A stretch of 63,996 nt of DNA, counting the filler, from Basidioascus undulatus (lineage: Eukaryota): the NCBI GenBank assembly GCA_000826855.1. It is 4 parts of 4 records of this genome, joined end to end, with 100 filler letters (N's around TTAATTAATTAA, not from the genome) between each part and the next. Parts side by side here need not be neighbours in the genome. Positions count along the whole stretch, not along the records: positions 1 to 16,428 come from JTLS01000583.1; 3 more parts are not named here. One strand, given 5' to 3'. Shown piece by piece: positions 1 to 15,185 of the stretch. Below the pieces are notes generated by a model that made no database searches, had not been told where the DNA came from, and saw only the letters and a program-made list of their open reading frames with translations. Position 1 is the stretch's first letter. Every line of letters begins with the position of its first letter. A program made the translations under genes and the position numbers.

Positions 1-684
1 GAGACGGAGAAGTGGAGCAGCGATGAAGAGGAGGAGGGGTCGCAGCCGGCGGGGACTGCAGCGTCCAGCGATGCAGACGGTGCGTCTCTCCCCACTATCA
101 TCGCACTCTCCCGCATAAACTCACCTGCCCGCACAGAACCGACCTACTCCACCCCCCCACCGCGCACCACCCGCACCCGCACCCGCTGCTCATCCATCTC
201 CACCACCGCATCCACGACCACTTCCTCCCGCCCGCCGTCCTCGCCCCCGCCCCTTACCCGCCGCGCTCCGAGAACGCCCCCGCCGCTCATCCGCCATCCG
301 CCGAGTAGGAAACGGAAGCGGGGTGCGTCCTTTCTCCTCCCTTCTTCTTTCCCTTCTTTCCCTCCATCCTTTACTAGCGCCGGTTCTCGTACTCACGCCG
401 TTCAAGACCGGCCAGCCGTCCCTCCCTGCACGCCCCCCTCCGCCTCCGCATCACCCAGCTCCTCGCCCTCCCCTCCCTCTAAGCGCCGCAAATCAAAGGA
501 CACAACTCTCTACAGCCCTGCGACGGGGGCGAGGAGGGTGTACAAGCGGCGCGGGGGGGCTTCGGATGCGGAGGAGGAGGGGCTCAAGACGCCGCGGAAG
601 AAGTGGAAGGCGAAGGAGAAGGGGAGTGCGGGAAGGAAGAGAAGGAAGGGGAGGGTGCAGGTTTGGGAGGATGAGGATGAGTAG
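1..684 (+). CDS. 3' end of a hypothetical low-complexity basic/acidic protein (partial, spliced)
   Basis: GTGCGT donors near 80 and 323 with CAG acceptors join into ...SSDEEEEG...RKRKR...KTPRKKWKAKEK...WEDEDE* (TAG 682-684). No recognisable domain. Confidence 0.5.
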   Translation, partial: ETEKWSSDEEEEGSQPAGTAASSDADGASLPTIIALSRINSPARTEPTYSTPPPRTTRTRTRCSSISTTASTTTSSRPPSSPPPLTRRAPRTPPPLIRHPPSRKRKRGASFLLPSSFPSFPPSFTSAGSRTHAVQDRPAVPPCTPPSASASPSSSPSPPSKRRKSKDTTLYSPATGARRVYKRRGGASDAEEEGLKTPRKKWKAKEKGSAGRKRRKGRVQVWEDEDE

Positions 685-957
685 GGGGTTGGGGCTGGGT
701 GGGAGGAAGGGGAAGGCTTGGTTGTACGATTCTGCGCATTGGATGGGTTTTCTCTCTCTTACAGCTTTGATTAGGACTGCGAGTAGCTCGACAAGTCGCC
801 AGAACTTGAATTGTTTCGATATGAACTCGTTTGAATCCTTATATAATTCATTTGGTGATACGCTGCATAAGACGGCAGCTTAGTTAGAATGAAGCACACG
901 GCGGCGCCTGTCGACTGCGCCGCGCATGCCACTCGGCGTTCAGTGGGTGCAGGCCGT

Positions 958-2249
958 ATGCCCTCCGTGGACTTCAATTAAATGCGATACTATTTTAGAG
1001 AAGTATTGAGGCTGTCTGCGACGATCGAAGATGGCCAAGCTGTGCCACTGGCAGCTATATGCAGAAGCGACCAAAGCGCTTCGTCGAGAGGTGCAGCTGT
1101 ATTGGCATGTTGGCGAATCCAACAAACACTCTGTCTCCAACGTATACCTCCGAGACAATATTCTGAATCAAAGAAGGCCTAGATGATTGGGGCAGAAAGG
1201 CGGCAGGTGAAGCTCAAGGTACCGTCTACCTTCTCTGATACCCTGTCTTCCACAAAATCAGGTATCTGACACTGAATAACACTTGAGGCTTCTGAATGGC
1301 TCAAAATCTCTTCCAATGCTGTGGATGCAATTACTCCAGCTGAGGTTCCGAGCCACTGGGTAAGGGGATTAGATGATTCAAATTGAATTCTTAAAGACGT
1401 GTTGCGATCTTGGAATCCCTGGTTGCATGGTCAACTTTCATGACGGGCCGTCGCCGGTGGACGCCGGCTCTGCTGAGCTCCATCGCTCCTGCCACCGTCA
1501 TATCGCTCGACCCCTTCACCCAAGCGCAACCCTCGCCAGGACCTCTAATTATCCACCGTACAACTGCCCGAAACATCATGGGTTTGCATCTACAGACCGA
1601 GATCGTCAGGGCGGACGACTCTCGGATCGCTGCGAGACTTGCTGCTTCTCAGGTCGAGCTGCTCGGCAGGGGCTACAGCGACATGGAGGACCAAACCTGC
1701 TATCAGCTCAGGATACCAGACACTTTCGCGGTCAGCCCGTACTGTGCGCCGCTGCTCGATGGCCGTAGCCCAGTCAAGGGGGCCTTGGTCTCAGACGTGC
1801 TGCCGGACGAAGCCTTCGTCGTCGTTCATTTCGACCATCGCACGCTGATTGCCAGACAGTTCACAAGCTCGCTTCTGCCGAATCTGAGCTCTGTCTTCTC
1901 AAATTCGAGCCCGTCCAACGGCCTTCCTGAACTCCTTATACTGGGTGCTTACTGCGAAGCCGAACGTCCTCAAGCCGATCTCGTCTCCAACACGAAGACA
2001 ACTCGCTGGATTGCGGACGTGTGTGCCAATCATGATGTCCTCCTCGTTTCCGCCAACTTATGGCACATTGCGTCTGGAAACGTACCGTCGACGAGCTTAT
2101 TCGGGTGTCCTTGTCAGCCCCGCGCAGCGAGCGGTGAGCTGAAGGAGCAGTCTACACTGGCACAACTTTCTGCAATGAATTTGCCATCAATCATTTTCAA
2201 ATGGCCTGTATATAACACAGTGGTCCTATTGCTTTTCTTCCGTTACTAG
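958..2249 (+). pseudogene. Possible decayed F-box/LRR-like gene; 3' part is the open 1410-2249 frame
   Basis: Broken upstream frames give AEATKALRREVQL (F-box-tail-like) and HKIRYLTLN (LRR-like) interrupted by stops, followed by a long open frame. Assignment is by eye only. Confidence 0.3.
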
Positions 2250-2619
2250 GAATAATCAGAGTGAGAGGTGAAGTCCCGCAGTCACGCAGCGTGCGCGAAC
2301 ACGCTGTTTGTACGCCCGCTCGTGCTGTCCGAAGGCGACCCTCTTTCTACATGATCACACTTCCGCCAGAAATCTCGGGTCACAAGTCGTATCGGGGCTC
2401 TGGGTCTGTCGCAATCGCGTTGCCCATGTTCGGAAACTCGGACGTCAGTATCCTGGCTCTGCAAAGCTCGTATTGGCACCGGACGTGTGTCGTCGAGAAA
2501 GAATATTCAGTAGGCAAGCAATGCAAAGACACGATCAAGGTATGACGGGACTTTCACGCATGCAGCCAAAGTTGTCCACTTCGATACACGCACATGCTAC
2601 TGGGCTACTCTCGTAAGGT

Positions 2620-5107
<2,488 letters not shown>

Positions 5108-5848
5108 CGAAGGGGTCGATGGTGGGTTGTTGGGCGAGAGATGCTCGCCTTTTTCAGTTACCGGGATCAGATTACAATTACGACAGCAACTTGGCGCCCG
5201 GCAGCCGGCTGGCTTTTGCGCGACTGCCGAGCTCGATCAGCATTGATTCAACAACCTGCCTCAAGCTAATTCATTGATGCCGAAAATGAAGCCCTGACCA
5301 TCTGACGACTATGCTGGACTATGGACTACGTACTCTCGCGGAGCTGGTCCACTTGCCCCACGGAGGTGGAGCAAGTCGATCATGGTGCCTGAGTTCAGTG
5401 TTCGGTTCTGCACGTGAGCATCATTCTCGCGAGCCAACGTTTGCGGTGTGAGAAGCAGGCGAGGCTGTTAAACGGATAACTTGTTTAAAAAGGCATTCAA
5501 TGAAATGTTTTCACATACACAAGATACACACCGACATATCACCAATCCGAGGATCACTTATCATTTCCGCACCGGGCTTGGCAATGCATGCGCAGTCCTC
5601 TTCTCGTAGGCATTCCTTGCACCGTATTCGACTCATAATTTTACAATCTGGAGCACATCCTAGGGGTACGAATTGATCAGCCTCCTAAGGGATCTACACA
5701 GGCTATGATTGCCGAAGAGCGCAACTGCGATGGGCCTTCATCACCAAGACTCGGGCTATGCCTCCATCGGCGCAGTCACGCAGGAAGAGATGTCACGCAT
5801 GCTAGAAGTAGAATATGAAGGCAATGATTGTATGGATACACCAGAAGA

Positions 5849-7648
5849 CTAGTAGATCATGCCAGCATCGCGCAGTTGATTGGTGAGAATGATACTGCAT
5901 AGGGACAGCCTTGGTCAGCACCCATGTCAGCTCTTTACGAAACAGAACCACAACGCAACTGGAAGACCCGATTCCACGTCTCCTCCAGCAACGAGGGGTC
6001 GGTGGCCGTGGTGAAACTGTGTACTGTATTTTAAGATCATTCTCTTTCTCAGCGAAGTGGGAAGGCTACGTACTGCGTGTAAACTTCTTGGCTTCGAGAT
6101 TGTGACAAGCGCAAGAAGCGCTGTTTAAAGTAAGCTCTTCCACCGTTATAGTCGTCCGCATGATCGCCGCCTGTTGGTATTGTTCAGCTCTAAACGGTCG
6201 GATGAGCTGAGCACGTAGCGTACGGGTGTAATCCGGGAAGAAGCGTTCTATCGGGTGAGTAAGAACTTTGCGCTTGAAGAGGTCATCCTTGTTCAAAAAG
6301 AGGATCTGTGGTGGAACAAATCAAAGAACTCAGACACCAGCCAGTAGCGTCAGTTACCATGGCCAGCGGGAGGGATGCGCACCATGGAGGTGTCCTTGAA
6401 GTAGGGACTCTCAGCGATGGACTTGAAGAGCAGTAACGCTTCTTGCATTTGATTCTGTTAACCAAAAGTCAGCTTCGGCTCGTATAGACATACAGACGCT
6501 AGAACAAACCGAGTCTCTGTCTTCAATGAGGCATTGCGAGTAGCCTGTTGATGGGAGTGAGCGCGAACCTTCATCTGGGTAGACCGGTTATTCGTACCAA
6601 TGAGCGAGACAAGGAAGAGTACCGCCGTAACCTAGAAAAATATGTGTTAGCAAGGGTTACAAAAACTGAAAACTGGGAAGAGACGCACCCCTTCGAAGAC
6701 GTGAATCCATTTCCGCCGCTCACTCCTTTGACCACCCACATCAACGAGAAGGAACGAGCGGCCATCGGAGCGAGTGAATTTGTTTTCTTGGATACCCGTT
6801 GTCATGCCTCGTCTGCAGTTACCGATCGTCAGTGCCTGCGAGACGGGATGACGGCAAGGAGCGTACACGTTGAGAACGTCCAGCGTTGTAGGAGTGAAGT
6901 TGGATTGAAAGAGACGGTCGAGGTCGGAGAAGAAACTGATGCAAATGCACTTGACATGGTTAACATTCCAAGTCCAGAGAGAAAAGTGACCACATTTACC
7001 CACTAAGAGAGGTTCTCTGGTACGCTTATCTCGTCGTCTCGGTAAAGATGGCTCTGGAAGTTGGCATCGGACCAAATGGCCGCAAGCGAGTCTCGATACT
7101 TTAGAGGGAACGGTTGCCCATCGCTCAGCTCCGGTGCATCGTCCAGCCTGTTTCGATGGCTCTGCAATGCGAGACTTCAGCATCGTTATAGAGCTCGGCA
7201 GCGGAAGACGCACGCGGTTCTGTTCCTCAAGGTCTGCACCGAGATCCGCCATCACTGCCAGGACGGTACAGATACCCTAACAAGCGAAATCTATCAGTGC
7301 GATCACCCCCGCCGCAAGCAAGCCCGGACGAACCTCGAGTAGATTACGAAAGATTTGAGCCTTGTAATGAGCCAGCTCGGAAGGCTCGAACGGCTTATTG
7401 TAGATCAAGCGCATCGATTTGCTGCAATTACGGATTAGTCAGTAGGCAGGGCAGGTTTGATGAAAGATCATGCGCGAGAACACTCACGCGATCGTCGTCT
7501 TGCCCGATTCGCCAGCGCCCAACATCAGGACTCTGGCCAAGTCCCGCTCACGCTTCCCCTCCTCCCTGAGCTGCTTGTCGATGCTTGAATTGATACGACG
7601 AGCATCCTGGACATCATGCACGTGCGGCGAGGAGCAGACCGCGCCCAT
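5849..7648 (-). CDS. Heterotrimeric G-protein alpha subunit
   Basis: MGAVCS lipidation-type N-terminus, [50 protein letters not shown]-terminus LRDAGMIY*. Confidence 0.93.
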
Positions 7649-8408
7649 GGCGAGATCTTGTAGAAGCGAAGCGAGAGGAGGCAGATGTCAGCGGAAGAAC
7701 GACGACGCCGAGAGCTAGGTCCGTTCGAGGCGAGAACAAACGATCGAAGTAGAGACAAAGAACGTCGAGTGCAAGAAGCCGTGAGCGAGAGCGAGAAAGA
7801 GCGGGGAAGACGTAAAGAAAGGGACGAGGGAGGTTCACAAGGGTGCGGGACGAAGTTCAATCATAGACCGCCGGGATCCCTTCGCTGATTGAGGGCCAGT
7901 TTCTCGGTTCTCATCAATTGGTTCACGAACGCTCATATCACGTTCCGTGGAGTATATGTATGGTGCGTGCACGTTGTCGCACAAGGCGAGATTGGACGAG
8001 ATCAAACCCGCGATCGGATCTAAGGAACCAAAAGGGACGGCGCATTGGTCCCTGTCGTGATCCAGGGGCGCGCACACGCCAAAAAGTACCCGCGCGCCGT
8101 TGTGATATGCTTTGAGACAGTTGCTCAAACCTTGTGCTCGCTTGCACACACACACGCACACACAAGATGTTGCCTGTAAGCACCAGGCCTCTATCGCCAT
8201 CGCGGGTTTGGATATTGAGCTATCATCATCATGGCGGGCTTGCGGCGGGCCGCGTGGCCAGAGTCGTCAACAACATGGACATGCTATGCTTGCGAAACGA
8301 ACAAAAACATGCGAGCGTGCGGGAACAACTGCGCGAAAACGGAAGGAGTACAATTGAAACGAAGACCGCAATCAACCTGCACAAGAAACATTCGGACGAC
8401 CGAGTCTA

Positions 8409-11400
8409 CTACTCGTCTTCCCACTCGGACTCGGGCGCCGCAGGCGTCTGCAAAGGCGGCGGGCCGCCTTCCGCATGCTCGTCGAGTTCGCGAAGCAGGC
8501 GATTTCGCTCCTGCGAGTCGAGCTTGTTGCTGTGACCACGCGCACAAACCGTCAGTCCCCACGCGGCAACGGATGCGAATGTACATACAACCACACGGCG
8601 TATTCTCCGAGCGAGCTGTAGCCCGAAAGATGGAAGAGGTCGACCACGGCCTCCATACGGCCTTGAGCACTGCGTGCGCAAACACGAAACTTGTCAGGGT
8701 ACTGGGCCTGCCAAGCATCTGATCAAGGGACGCACCGGAGTTTGCGCTTGATCTCCAGTTGCTCCTCGGTGAGCTCCTCGTCCTTCGGCTCGCGCTTCGC
8801 CGTCTTCTTCGACGCCATCGCAGCTTTGTTCTTGCCGCGGTGCGGCGCCCAAGTAAGCGACGCCGCCTTGTCCTCCACCTTGACCTTCTTCTTCTTGGGG
8901 ACCTTCGCGTCGTACGCGCGCATCTCCTTTGCCTTGAAGCGGCTCTGCCTGAGGGTCTGGAAAAGAATACACGGTTAGCGAGGTCGTAACCCCAGAGCTA
9001 GAGAAGAGACACGCACAGCAGATGCAGCCTGGTGAATCAGTCTCTCGGCTTCGTTGTTGCCGATGATGCCCTGTCAACCGCAAGGGAAGAGCACGTCAGT
9101 TAATCGACCAAGCAAAACGAAGCAGCCCAGATGCACGGCATTGTTGTGAGTGTACGAAATGCCTGCCGCCTGTAGCAACTCCGCAATTTCGTCCTTCTTC
9201 TTGGGTTTCGCTGTTCAAGGACCGGATAGTGAGGAATGAGTGGCGCTCCGACCTGGGCGAAACGAGCCGTGGATACATACACAGCCTCTTCTCGAGCTTG
9301 TCACCGTCGACGATCAAGTCGACCATGCGCTTGGTAGCCTTCACCGCCTGGCTCTCGTTCGTCGCTTCGAGGGTCTGATGAAATCATGACATATCAGCGA
9401 AGACACTCCGCCAAGCTGTTTCCGTGTTAGTCGCACCTCGAGGTCCGCGTCCCGCTCGTCGTCCTGCTCCGCATCCTCGTCATCCGGGTCGATGTTCTGC
9501 AGCGTAAAGTTGAGCTGCGCGAGGTTGGCCTTCTCGATGACGTGCTTTGTGACGATGTTCTTGGTCTGGGAAGGAATATCTTCAGCGACGGTCAAGTTTA
9601 AACGAATCCCTCTGCGCCGGCTCACCTGAAGACGGAAGATGTTCTTGATCCCCCAAAGCTCGCCTGCCTTACCGCTCGAGCCTTGAATGCCGCTGAACAA
9701 GCTGTGGGTCGCTCGCAGATAAGCCATCAGCCGGTCGGACTGAGAGCAGCGAAGAACCTCACCGAGGCTCATTCGACGCCTCATATCCGATGTTCATCTG
9801 CTGCTGCTTGTAGATCTGGCGGCTGTAGACGATCTCCTCGAGCGATCCGGCGCCGACGAGGCGATAGACGTTGCTGCTAATGCCGTATCGTTAGCAACCT
9901 CTTGCAGTCCCGCCAGCCTCGTCGGCGTACACGTCGCGGCGCTGGCCGATGCGGAACGCGCGGTCCATGGCTTGGAGCTGCAGCAGACATCAGAGACGTG
10001 AGCACTCTGATCGTGAGCCGCTGGGCAAACCCGAACATTAAACTCACGTCGTGAGAAGGGTTCCAGTTCCTGAACAACGACATCAGCACGTTTGTGCTTC
10101 AGTAGGCGATGGATGAAAGTAAGCGCACGGGTCTGTGAATAGCTTGCGAATCAGCATCGAGAACAATCTCACAAGCCGACAAGCAGCCGCTCACCAAAGA
10201 TGACGACCTTGTTCGCCGCCGTCAAGTTCAATCCCGTCCCGCCCGCGAGCGTCGAGATGAGGAAGATGAACACGCTCGGGTCGTTCTGGAAGCGGTCGAC
10301 GCGGTCCATGCGCTGGTCGGCGGGGACCTTGCCGTCGATGCGGACCGCTTCGTAATCTGACCATCCAGAACCCCAGGTCAGCCATGGTATCGCATCGAAA
10401 GTGAACTTTGAACGTTGAGTGAAGGAGGTCGAGCGACGACGCACGTTCGAGCTGGATGAACCATTCCAGGATGTTGAGGAGCTTGACGGACATCGAGAAG
10501 ATGAGGACCTTGTTGCCGCCCTCCCTGTGCCACGCCGCCAGGATTTGCTTGAGAGCCTGGAAAGCGCGTCGGCGCGGCATCAGTATCGTCCACCGAGATT
10601 GAGCGTGAAGCGTGAAGGAGGACGTACAAGCCATTTCCCACACAGCGTCTCGTCCTGTGATACCTCGGCGTAGAGGCGGCGCTGCAGGTGATCGCCCGGG
10701 AACGCGATCTTGACCCACTCGCGGTTCGCCATGAGCTGGTCGGGCTTGTCCTCGTTGCCTAGCCACGGGGTGATGAGCAGGACGGTGTCGCGGGAGGATG
10801 CGAGGAGGACGACAGGCGTACTCGGGTACAGCAGAGCGAGGTGGTTCGAGATCTTCTGGAAGATGATGATGTACTGGAGCATGAGGAACCTCCAGTGCAC
10901 GCCGTCCGAGTTCTCCGTGTAGCAGCAGTATCCGCGCCTGGCGCCTTTATCGCCGAGCCTACCCCCTCAAAACGGACATCAGCACAACAGATCCCGTAAA
11001 GCAGTGCGCTCCTCGGACGCACGGGCAGTCGCACGGATCGTCCTTTGTAACCATGAGCTGGACGTCCTCGAGCGCAAGGAAGCGCTTGTACGCTGCGATC
11101 TGCGTCGGCGTGAGCGGGCAGAAGACAACGTTGTCGACCTTGTTCGGCAGCTGGTGTGCGATGAGCGCCTTGGTCCGGCGCAGGAAGAATGGCGGGAGGA
11201 CAAAGTCGCGCAGGCGTATGGCGAGGTCCTGTTTCGGCAGCGTCAGCTTGTGGTTCGGGGCGATGGAGCGAACCAGACGCACTCGGCCTTGGACGACGTC
11301 CGCGGCCGACGCCTCGTGGCTCTGCGCGCGCTTGAGGGGCTCCGAGATCGTGTATTTCCACTGCTTGTACGTCCCGAGCCGAGTGGGGTTCGACCAGTCG

Positions 11401-13960
11401 AGTATGCACCAGAACTCCTCGTACTTGTTCTGATCGGATTGAGGAGCCGTCAGTCTCCGAATCAATACCCTTCTGGCGGTCTCGAACGGACCTGGATAGC
11501 GGTGCCCTGTAGGAAACGAAAGGCAGCGTCAGAAATGGGGGATCAACTAGCGAACTGGAAGCCAGACGACGTGCCGTCAACCCGAAGCGCGCTTTGATGG
11601 GCAGCCTGTGCAGCGCCTGCGTGATCTGCGCCTTCGGGTTCTTGACCTAGCAATGCCAAGCGGTGCGTAAGCTCAGCTTGGAAATGACTGAGAAGGATAC
11701 ACTAGCGATCACCAGCTACGCACCTTGTGCACCTCGTCCACGAACACCACATCGAACGGCATCTCGCAGAGCTCCCCAATGTTTCCCCTGGCGGTATCAA
11801 AAGCCGTCAATACTACCCGCGCATCCCCCATCCACCCTCAATCAGCGCCCATCCCATCCCTCCTCCTCTCCCCTCCCCGCAACGTACGGACGTCAAAGTA
11901 CCCTCTCTTGAACCTTCTGCCCACGACGCCCTTGTCCTGGCCCATATACACGCCGACATCAAAGTACCCCCACGTCTCGAGCTCGCGCTCCCAGTTGTAC
12001 ACGACCGACGCGGGCGCAACAATGAGGCATGTCGGGAGGCGGACCTTCTCCGCATCGCGCCGGATCGACGCTTTCCGGCGGCCCGAGTCCCGCGCGTCCC
12101 CCGTCTTCTTCATGATCGCCGCGAGGAACCCAATAACCTACCCATCCACTCCATCACGTTCAGCAACCCCAAACCCCCCGGATTACAAACAGAAGGAGGA
12201 CTCGCGCACCTGGATCGTCTTCCCTAACCCCATATCGTCCCCCAGTATCCCGCCCCTCCCCGTAGCGTACCGCTCATAAAAGAACTTGATCCCGTCGCGC
12301 TGGTACGGGCGCAGCCAACGGTTGATCGACGCGGGGACGGCGATGCCCGCGCTGGGGTCGAACACGTAGGGGGTGGCGCGTGGCGCGTGGGGGGGGATCG
12401 GGAAGTCGGGGCGGGGGCGGTATGTAGGGGTGGAGGAGGAGGGGGAGAGGGAGGAGGGCTGGGATTGCGATTGCGGTTGGGAGGCGAGGAGGGATGACTG
12501 CGAGGAAGAGAGATGTTAGGGGCATGAAGGGAGGATGGGAGAGGAAGGACAGACGGAAGGCGACTGGCCGGTCTTGCACGTATCGCTTGCACGGCCCTTG
12601 CCCTACACAATCCATTCACGGATCAGCATTCACCCTCCGCATCCCGCAGCACAACGCACCTTCCGCCTCCTGACCTCCGCACTCCCAATCTTCATCTCCT
12701 TCTCCTCCTCGCTCCCCTCGTCCTGCTCGAGCTCCTCCTTCACCGCCGCACGGAACTTGACCTTCGGCGAAGTCGAAGTTGACGGGCGCGGCTTCTCTTG
12801 GCTCGCGCGCCCGCCTGAATGCGATGGGCGCTGGGTTGGCGCAGCGGGCGCGGTCGGGCGCGCCTTCTTCGGCGGGGGCTTGTCGGAGATCTGGAACTCC
12901 TTCTCAGACTCGGTCTCGGAGTCTGTGGGAGTGAGAGGGCGGTGTGAGGTATAGAAGTGAGGGGAAAGGAGAGAGTGTGGGGAACGACGCACCTTCCGGA
13001 GGAGGCCGCCTGACATCCTCCTTCTTGACGGTGAGCGGACGTGTCGACGGGCCGGGCATCTCGAAGTCGGTGTCCGCAGTTTCTGTGGGATGGAAAAGCC
13101 CGTCAGTACGCGTTTAGTGGTAATAAAGAAGGTTAGACTTACCAGACCCATCATCCACAACCGGCTTGCTCTCCACCTTCACCTTCGGGCTCCCCTTCAC
13201 CGCAGGCCTCGCCGCCGCCGCCTTCGGACTCGGCTTCCCCGACCTCGCCGCCACCTTCGGGCTCGCCTTCCCCCTCGCCTTCTCCACAAATTCTACCTCC
13301 TCCTCCTCATCGACCGACCAGACATCCAGCGCAATCTCGCCCTTGAGGCCCTTCGGGCGCGGCGACGTGCGGGAGAGAGCGTGCTCGAGCTCGTCGTCGG
13401 TCGTGCGGTCCTGGTCGGACTCAGATGAGCATATCTCGGCGTCCAGATCTGTGGGGGGAGAGTGAGGAGATAAATTTAGGGGGACATAGATGGGGGGAGA
13501 GAAGGGGGGAGAGAAGGAGGGGGGTAAGGGGGTGCGACGTACGCAGAAGGGTGCGGAGCGGGTTGCACCGCTCCTCGGCTGCTTTCTCGCTCTTGGTCAT
13601 GGAGCGCTTGCCTGAGATCAACATGCAGCGTAAATATTCAGGCTCTGTCAGTCCAATAGTACTCATCCCAGTGGCATGCTTCCATCGGCCACCGCCTCTC
13701 GGGCCCTTCCAACAACCCAGTCCGCCCCGCACTCACCTTTCCTCGGCCTCTTCCTCGTCTTCCCTTCCCCCCCCTCCTCCTCGTCCTCCTCATTCCGTTC
13801 CTCAACTTTAAATTCCTCGTCGTCGTCCGAGGGCGTAAGCGGTGCGCTGACGGATGTCAAGCCCCTAGCTGTGAACCCGCCCCTCTCGAGCTTGAGTGAC
13901 CGCACCCAAGATGGCAGATACGCAAGGCTCACTCGTCTTGGTCCTGATGACCTTGGACAT
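8409..13960 (-). CDS. SNF2-family DNA-repair ATPase, ERCC6L2/RAD26L-like
   Basis: [89 protein letters not shown], and RQIYKQQ...[10 protein letters not shown] typical of the ERCC6L2 subfamily. The 5' exons (ATG 13960) are inferred from splice signals. Confidence 0.88.
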
Positions 13961-14070
13961 TGGTCGTGAAGGAGTGATTTTTGCCAATATTTTGTGAAGT
14001 GGCGGGGGCGTCGGGCGATGGTCGGTAAAAACCCGCAACTTCACCGCAATCCGCGCAGGTCGCGCCGTGG

Positions 14071-14076
14071 ACGCGT
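14071..14076. promoter_or_regulatory. MCB-like element ACGCGT upstream of the DNA-repair ATPase
   Basis: Exact ACGCGT ~110 bp upstream of the inferred ATG; a single hexamer, so it may be chance. Confidence 0.25.
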
Positions 14077-14139
14077 CGGGGTGCTGAGTCAGCTGCTCGG
14101 GGTCTTTGCGGGTTGACTTGCACCGCTTTGCCAGCTTCT

Positions 14140-15100
14140 TGTTTTCTTGCTCCGCTCGCGAATAGAGTTTCTGAGGTGCACGCTTATGTCGCAGTCCGAG
14201 ACAGGCTAGATTTCAGCGGTTACAAGCGAGCAATCTTGCGCCGCATCTGCGAAACTGCTGAGGACGTCTTCCCAGCCGCAGCAACCATGATCACCTCTAA
14301 TCAATGCATCGGAGGTAGGTACGGGTACGGAAGACAGGTTCGGGAAGGCAAGGGGGAAGAAAAGGTAAGGTGAGGGTACTTCATGGACAGAAGCATTAGG
14401 CGGGGAGATTGGGCTCTGCCCAGAGGAGGAGGGGGAAGGCTGACGAGGAATGTGCGGGTAGGGTTCCGGGTTCGGTGAGGAAAAGCGGACTGAGGCATCA
14501 GCGCGGAGGTCTCGGCCTGTGAGGGGAAGGGAAGGGAGGTAGTGGAGTTTTGGCGAAGAGTAAGAAGCGAAGTAAGGCGCAGGGAGAAACCCGAGCTTGA
14601 CCGACAGCTTGAGCAAGGGTGATTGACGAGGAAAGCGAACCACCTCCGCGAGCGCCAAGCGTAAAGCCAAATAGACCACCGATGTGATCATGGTGTCGGA
14701 TGTGCAAGTCTGAGCAGAGGAAAGGGAGGTCGAGGAGATGGCATGGTAGTGTCACATGCGAGACCAACGCACACGGCGGGCACGCAGTATGGCTCCCATT
14801 TCCGGACCGAGCGTTTCCCCTCAATGTGAAACAGTCACATCATTTCTACACAAAAACCCCCGCCTCCATATCACCTCCTCTAGCCCATGAGACCGAGTCG
14901 AACAAGAAGAGTGGAGGGAAGGACCGCAGGGCGTGGTGGACAGGTTGAGAAGGGTAGATAGACGATCGAGAGAAGTCGCCTTTCCGATGGAAAACCTCTG
15001 AGTATGTTGTAAGTGTGTGTTTTTAGGGTATACGAAAGAGAAAAGGCCGAAATGAGAAGAGAGATGGTGAAGGTGAGAGGAGAAGACGCAGGCTCACGGG
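14140..15100 (-). ncRNA. Candidate structured non-coding RNA (telomerase-RNA-like three-way junction); unverified
   Basis: Many stems that need G-U pairs on the minus strand, two GAAA-capped hairpins, pyrimidine-rich 5' end and only short ATG frames at the 5' end. See findings. Confidence 0.3.
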
Positions 15101-15185
15101 TTTCGCGAACGGCGCCTCCGCTCTCGGCTCCCGGTTTGCTCGTCCAGAATAGCCCTTCATCTTTCACATCCATCTAGGCGTTGCG

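Noticed and set aside
14403..14418. GAGATTGGGCTCTG, close to the vertebrate telomerase P6.1 sequence, on the plus strand
   Set aside because: The loop would be 6 nt with no flanking P5/P6, and G-U pairing in the region favours the minus strand.
14836..14852. ATCATTTCTACA resembling U3 snoRNA box A
   Set aside because: No box A' or boxes B/C/D in register.
14969..15118. RNase MRP-like words GAGAAGTCGCC, GGAAAAC and AACGGCGCC
   Set aside because: P4 pairing is incomplete and the CR-V consensus is not met.
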